Source of the DNA: an uncultured bacterium
GTDB taxonomy: Bacteria; Abyssobacteria; SURF-5
Length of the DNA: 19,616 nucleotides
Reading direction: 5' to 3'
NCBI GenBank assembly: GCA_964510165.1
Contig: CAZEBC010000032.1
Coordinates: 7,487 to 27,102, forward strand
Shown here piece by piece: positions 17,574 through 19,616 of this stretch. A program made the position numbers and the translations under genes. The stretch's first letter is position 1. Each line of letters begins with the position of its first letter. The notes beneath the pieces were generated by a model, which saw only the letters and a program-made list of their open reading frames with translations, ran no database searches and was not told the origin of the DNA.

Positions 17574-18713
17574 ATCCACGACCGCGGGAAGGCCTTCACC
17601 AGCAACTTCGCCCTGTCCTTTCTGTGCAATTTCTGCGTCATCTCGAATCTCGTGATCTTCCTGTATTTCAGCCGGTATCTCGAGACTTTGGGCGCAAGTA
17701 ATGCGCAGATAGGGTTCTACATGGGCGTGTTCGCCCTGGGCTCCGTGGTGGTGCGCCCCTGGGTCGGCGCCGCCGTGGACAGGTACGGCCGCAAGCGGCT
17801 CATCTATTTTGGGCTGGGCTTAATGATTGCCGCCACAGCGTCCTATCTGCTCTGTCACAGGCTCAGCCCGTTCATAGTCGCGGTTCGCATTGCCCACGGA
17901 ATCGGCTTCGGCAGCTACATCACCGGAATATTCACTATCGTTGCCGACGACGCCCCGCCCCATCAGCGCGCCAAAGTGCTGGGAAGTTTCGGACTTTCGG
18001 GAATGACCGCGTTCGCTGCGATCCCAATGCTGGCCGAACCCATAATCGACCACTTCGGATTTCAGGCCGCGTTTGTTGTGGCGCTGTGCTTTCTCGCAGT
18101 CAGCCTGTACGCGTCGCGGCGCTTGCGGGCCGTCGGACCCGCGAAGCTCGAGTTCCCGCCCGCAAGCTTCATCACCGTGGCCCGAAAGGTTGACATACTG
18201 ATACCCTTGAGCGCGCTCTTTGTCTTCTGCACGGGCGCGGGCGCGCTAACCAATTTCATCGCGGTCCATCTCGGGACGATGGGCATAAGCATCGCGTACT
18301 TCTTCATCGCCAGTTCCTGCGCGGGCGCAGTCGTGAGGCTCTTCTTCGGACATCTGGCCGATGTCTATGGCAGGCGGCGCGTCGCGATACCCGCGTTTCT
18401 GTTTGGAAGTCTGGCCCTCCTCGGCGTCGGGGTGTTCCATTTCCGGTGGGGGCTTTCCCTCAGCGGGCTGCTGTGGGGAACGGGCATCGGGTTTGCGGTC
18501 CCCGCTGTCGGGGCGTCGGTCGTGGACCGGGTCAAGCCCGAGGACCGAGGCAAGGGCCTGGCTCTTTTCACCGCTTCCTTCGACCTGGGCGTAATGGCAG
18601 GCTCTTTCGCATACGGCGGCGTGGCCGACTTGATAGGTTACTCCCGTATGTACCTGCTCGCCTCGGCCGTCGTCCTTGTTTCAGTCGGCATCGCCCGATT
18701 CTTCCGCAATTGA
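17574..18713 (+). CDS. MFS transporter (about 12 TM), probable non-canonical ATC start; the first canonical start is GTG 17652
   Basis: Motif A occurs twice (GAAVDRYGRKR and GHLADVYGRRR), with RIAHGIG, EDRGKGLALF and many hydrophobic segments. The frame is open upstream of the GTG and encodes the first half of TM1. Confidence 0.88.
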   Translation: MHDRGKAFTSNFALSFLCNFCVISNLVIFLYFSRYLETLGASNAQIGFYMGVFALGSVVVRPWVGAAVDRYGRKRLIYFGLGLMIAATASYLLCHRLSPFIVAVRIAHGIGFGSYITGIFTIVADDAPPHQRAKVLGSFGLSGMTAFAAIPMLAEPIIDHFGFQAAFVVALCFLAVSLYASRRLRAVGPAKLEFPPASFITVARKVDILIPLSALFVFCTGAGALTNFIAVHLGTMGISIAYFFIASSCAGAVVRLFFGHLADVYGRRRVAIPAFLFGSLALLGVGVFHFRWGLSLSGLLWGTGIGFAVPAVGASVVDRVKPEDRGKGLALFTASFDLGVMAGSFAYGGVADLIGYSRMYLLASAVVLVSVGIARFFRN

Positions 18714-18786
18714 ACGGCTGCTACCTTGCTTGCGACGCTGAATCCGAAAACGCATAGTACCAAGAGAACCAGGGAGTTGGTTGACC

Positions 18787-19371
18787 ATGCCCAGGAAAGA
18801 CTCACTGAAGGAATATCGCCAGAAAAGGGATTTCAGCCGTTCGCCCGAGCCGAGCGGTGCCGGAAAGAAGCGTTCCAAAAAGTCAATCTTCGTAATTCAG
18901 AAGCACGACGCCCGCCGGCTTCACTACGATTTCAGGCTTGAGGTCGACGGCGTGCTCAAGTCCTGGGCCGTGCCGAAGGGACCTTCGACCGACCCCAGCG
19001 ACAAGCGCCTGGCCGTGCCCACTGAAGACCATCCGCTCGAATACGCGGGTTTCGAAGGAACCATCCCGGAAGGCGAATACGGCGCCGGCGCCGTGCTGGT
19101 TTGGGACATCGGAACCTATCGGAATCTGAAAGACGACAAGGGCGTCTCCATGGCTGAGGCCATCGAGAACGGACACGCCACCTTCTGGCTCGACGGAAAG
19201 AAGCTCAAGGGCGGATACGCGCTCACCCGCTTCAAGAAAGGCAAGGACGAAAGCTGGCTCCTCGTCAAAATGGACGATTGTGAAGCCGATGCCCGCCGCG
19301 ACCCCGTCACCGCCGAACCCCAATCCGTCCTCTCAGGCCGCACCCTCGAACAAATCGCCGCAGAAGAATAA
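18787..19371 (+). CDS. Stand-alone LigD 3'-phosphoesterase (PE) domain protein
   Basis: LKEYRQKRDFSRSPEP, FVIQKHDARRLHYDFRLE, SWAVPKGPS, TEDHPLEY, FEGTIPEGEYGAG, WLLVK and SVLSGRT. It ends at TAA with no ligase or polymerase domain. Start is ATG 18787 or TTG 18781. Confidence 0.93.
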   Translation: MPRKDSLKEYRQKRDFSRSPEPSGAGKKRSKKSIFVIQKHDARRLHYDFRLEVDGVLKSWAVPKGPSTDPSDKRLAVPTEDHPLEYAGFEGTIPEGEYGAGAVLVWDIGTYRNLKDDKGVSMAEAIENGHATFWLDGKKLKGGYALTRFKKGKDESWLLVKMDDCEADARRDPVTAEPQSVLSGRTLEQIAAEE

Positions 19372-19402
19372 AGCCCGCATTCGGAGCAGTCATGCACAGG
19401 TA

Positions 19403-19416
19403 CGGTTCGCGAACCG
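19403..19416. repeat. Perfect 14-bp palindrome, REP-like core
   Basis: CGGTTCGCGAACCG, 31 nt after the PE stop, with partly complementary flanks (AGGTA...CCCT). Confidence 0.55.
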
Positions 19417-19486
19417 CCCTTTCCTTCAGATCCGCAATCGAAACAACCACGCCGCCTCTTAGCGTCCGTCCACTCCATCCACCGGG

Positions 19487-19526
19487 CCGAGCTGGCCGAC
19501 CCGTCCGACTTGTCCGAATGGTCCGA
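19487..19526. repeat. Degenerate 9-bp tandem repeat (CCGA-N5, five units)
   Basis: CCGA at 19487, 19496, 19505, 19514 and 19523. The last three read GTCCGA. Confidence 0.7.
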
Positions 19527-19562
19527 GGCGCATCCTCCGCATTTCTCTTGTTCAGTCTTTTC

Positions 19563-19597
19563 AACCCTAAACCCTGAACGCTGAACCGACCCTAAAC
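19563..19597. repeat. Heptamer tandem repeat (AACCCTR-like)
   Basis: AACCCTA-AACCCTG-AACGCTG-AACC, followed by ACCCTAAAC. Confidence 0.6.
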
Positions 19598-19616
19598 GCC
19601 CTTTTCCCCCTTCCCC

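Noticed and set aside
19563..19597. Similarity to plant telomere repeat CCCTAAA
   Set aside because: Only two exact units, not adjacent, in a clearly bacterial context.

Overview
GC-rich bacterial chromosomal window, probably from an anaerobe (inferred from the corrinoid genes), with no phage, transposase, CRISPR, rRNA or tRNA signal. On the minus strand at the left is a three-gene corrinoid methyl-transfer operon: a B12-binding protein, a UroD/MtaA-fold methyltransferase with non-canonical metal ligands, and an AcsE-like methyl-THF:corrinoid methyltransferase that the ORF track missed. It is preceded by a ~155-nt leader with three hairpins. Next comes a small protein resembling a stand-alone, arginine-less N2 domain of PilB/GspE ATPases. 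The plus strand carries glnE, an LpxH-like metallophosphoesterase, and a nine-gene nucleotide-sugar cluster (aminotransferase, gmd, WbpD/B/E/A-like genes, rfbB, ugd, epimerase) with no glycosyltransferase. It ends with an MFS transporter that seems to start at a non-canonical ATC codon and a stand-alone LigD phosphoesterase. Five intergenic gaps contain REP-like palindromes or short tandem repeats of several distinct families. All protein calls come from motif recognition by eye, not database searches.
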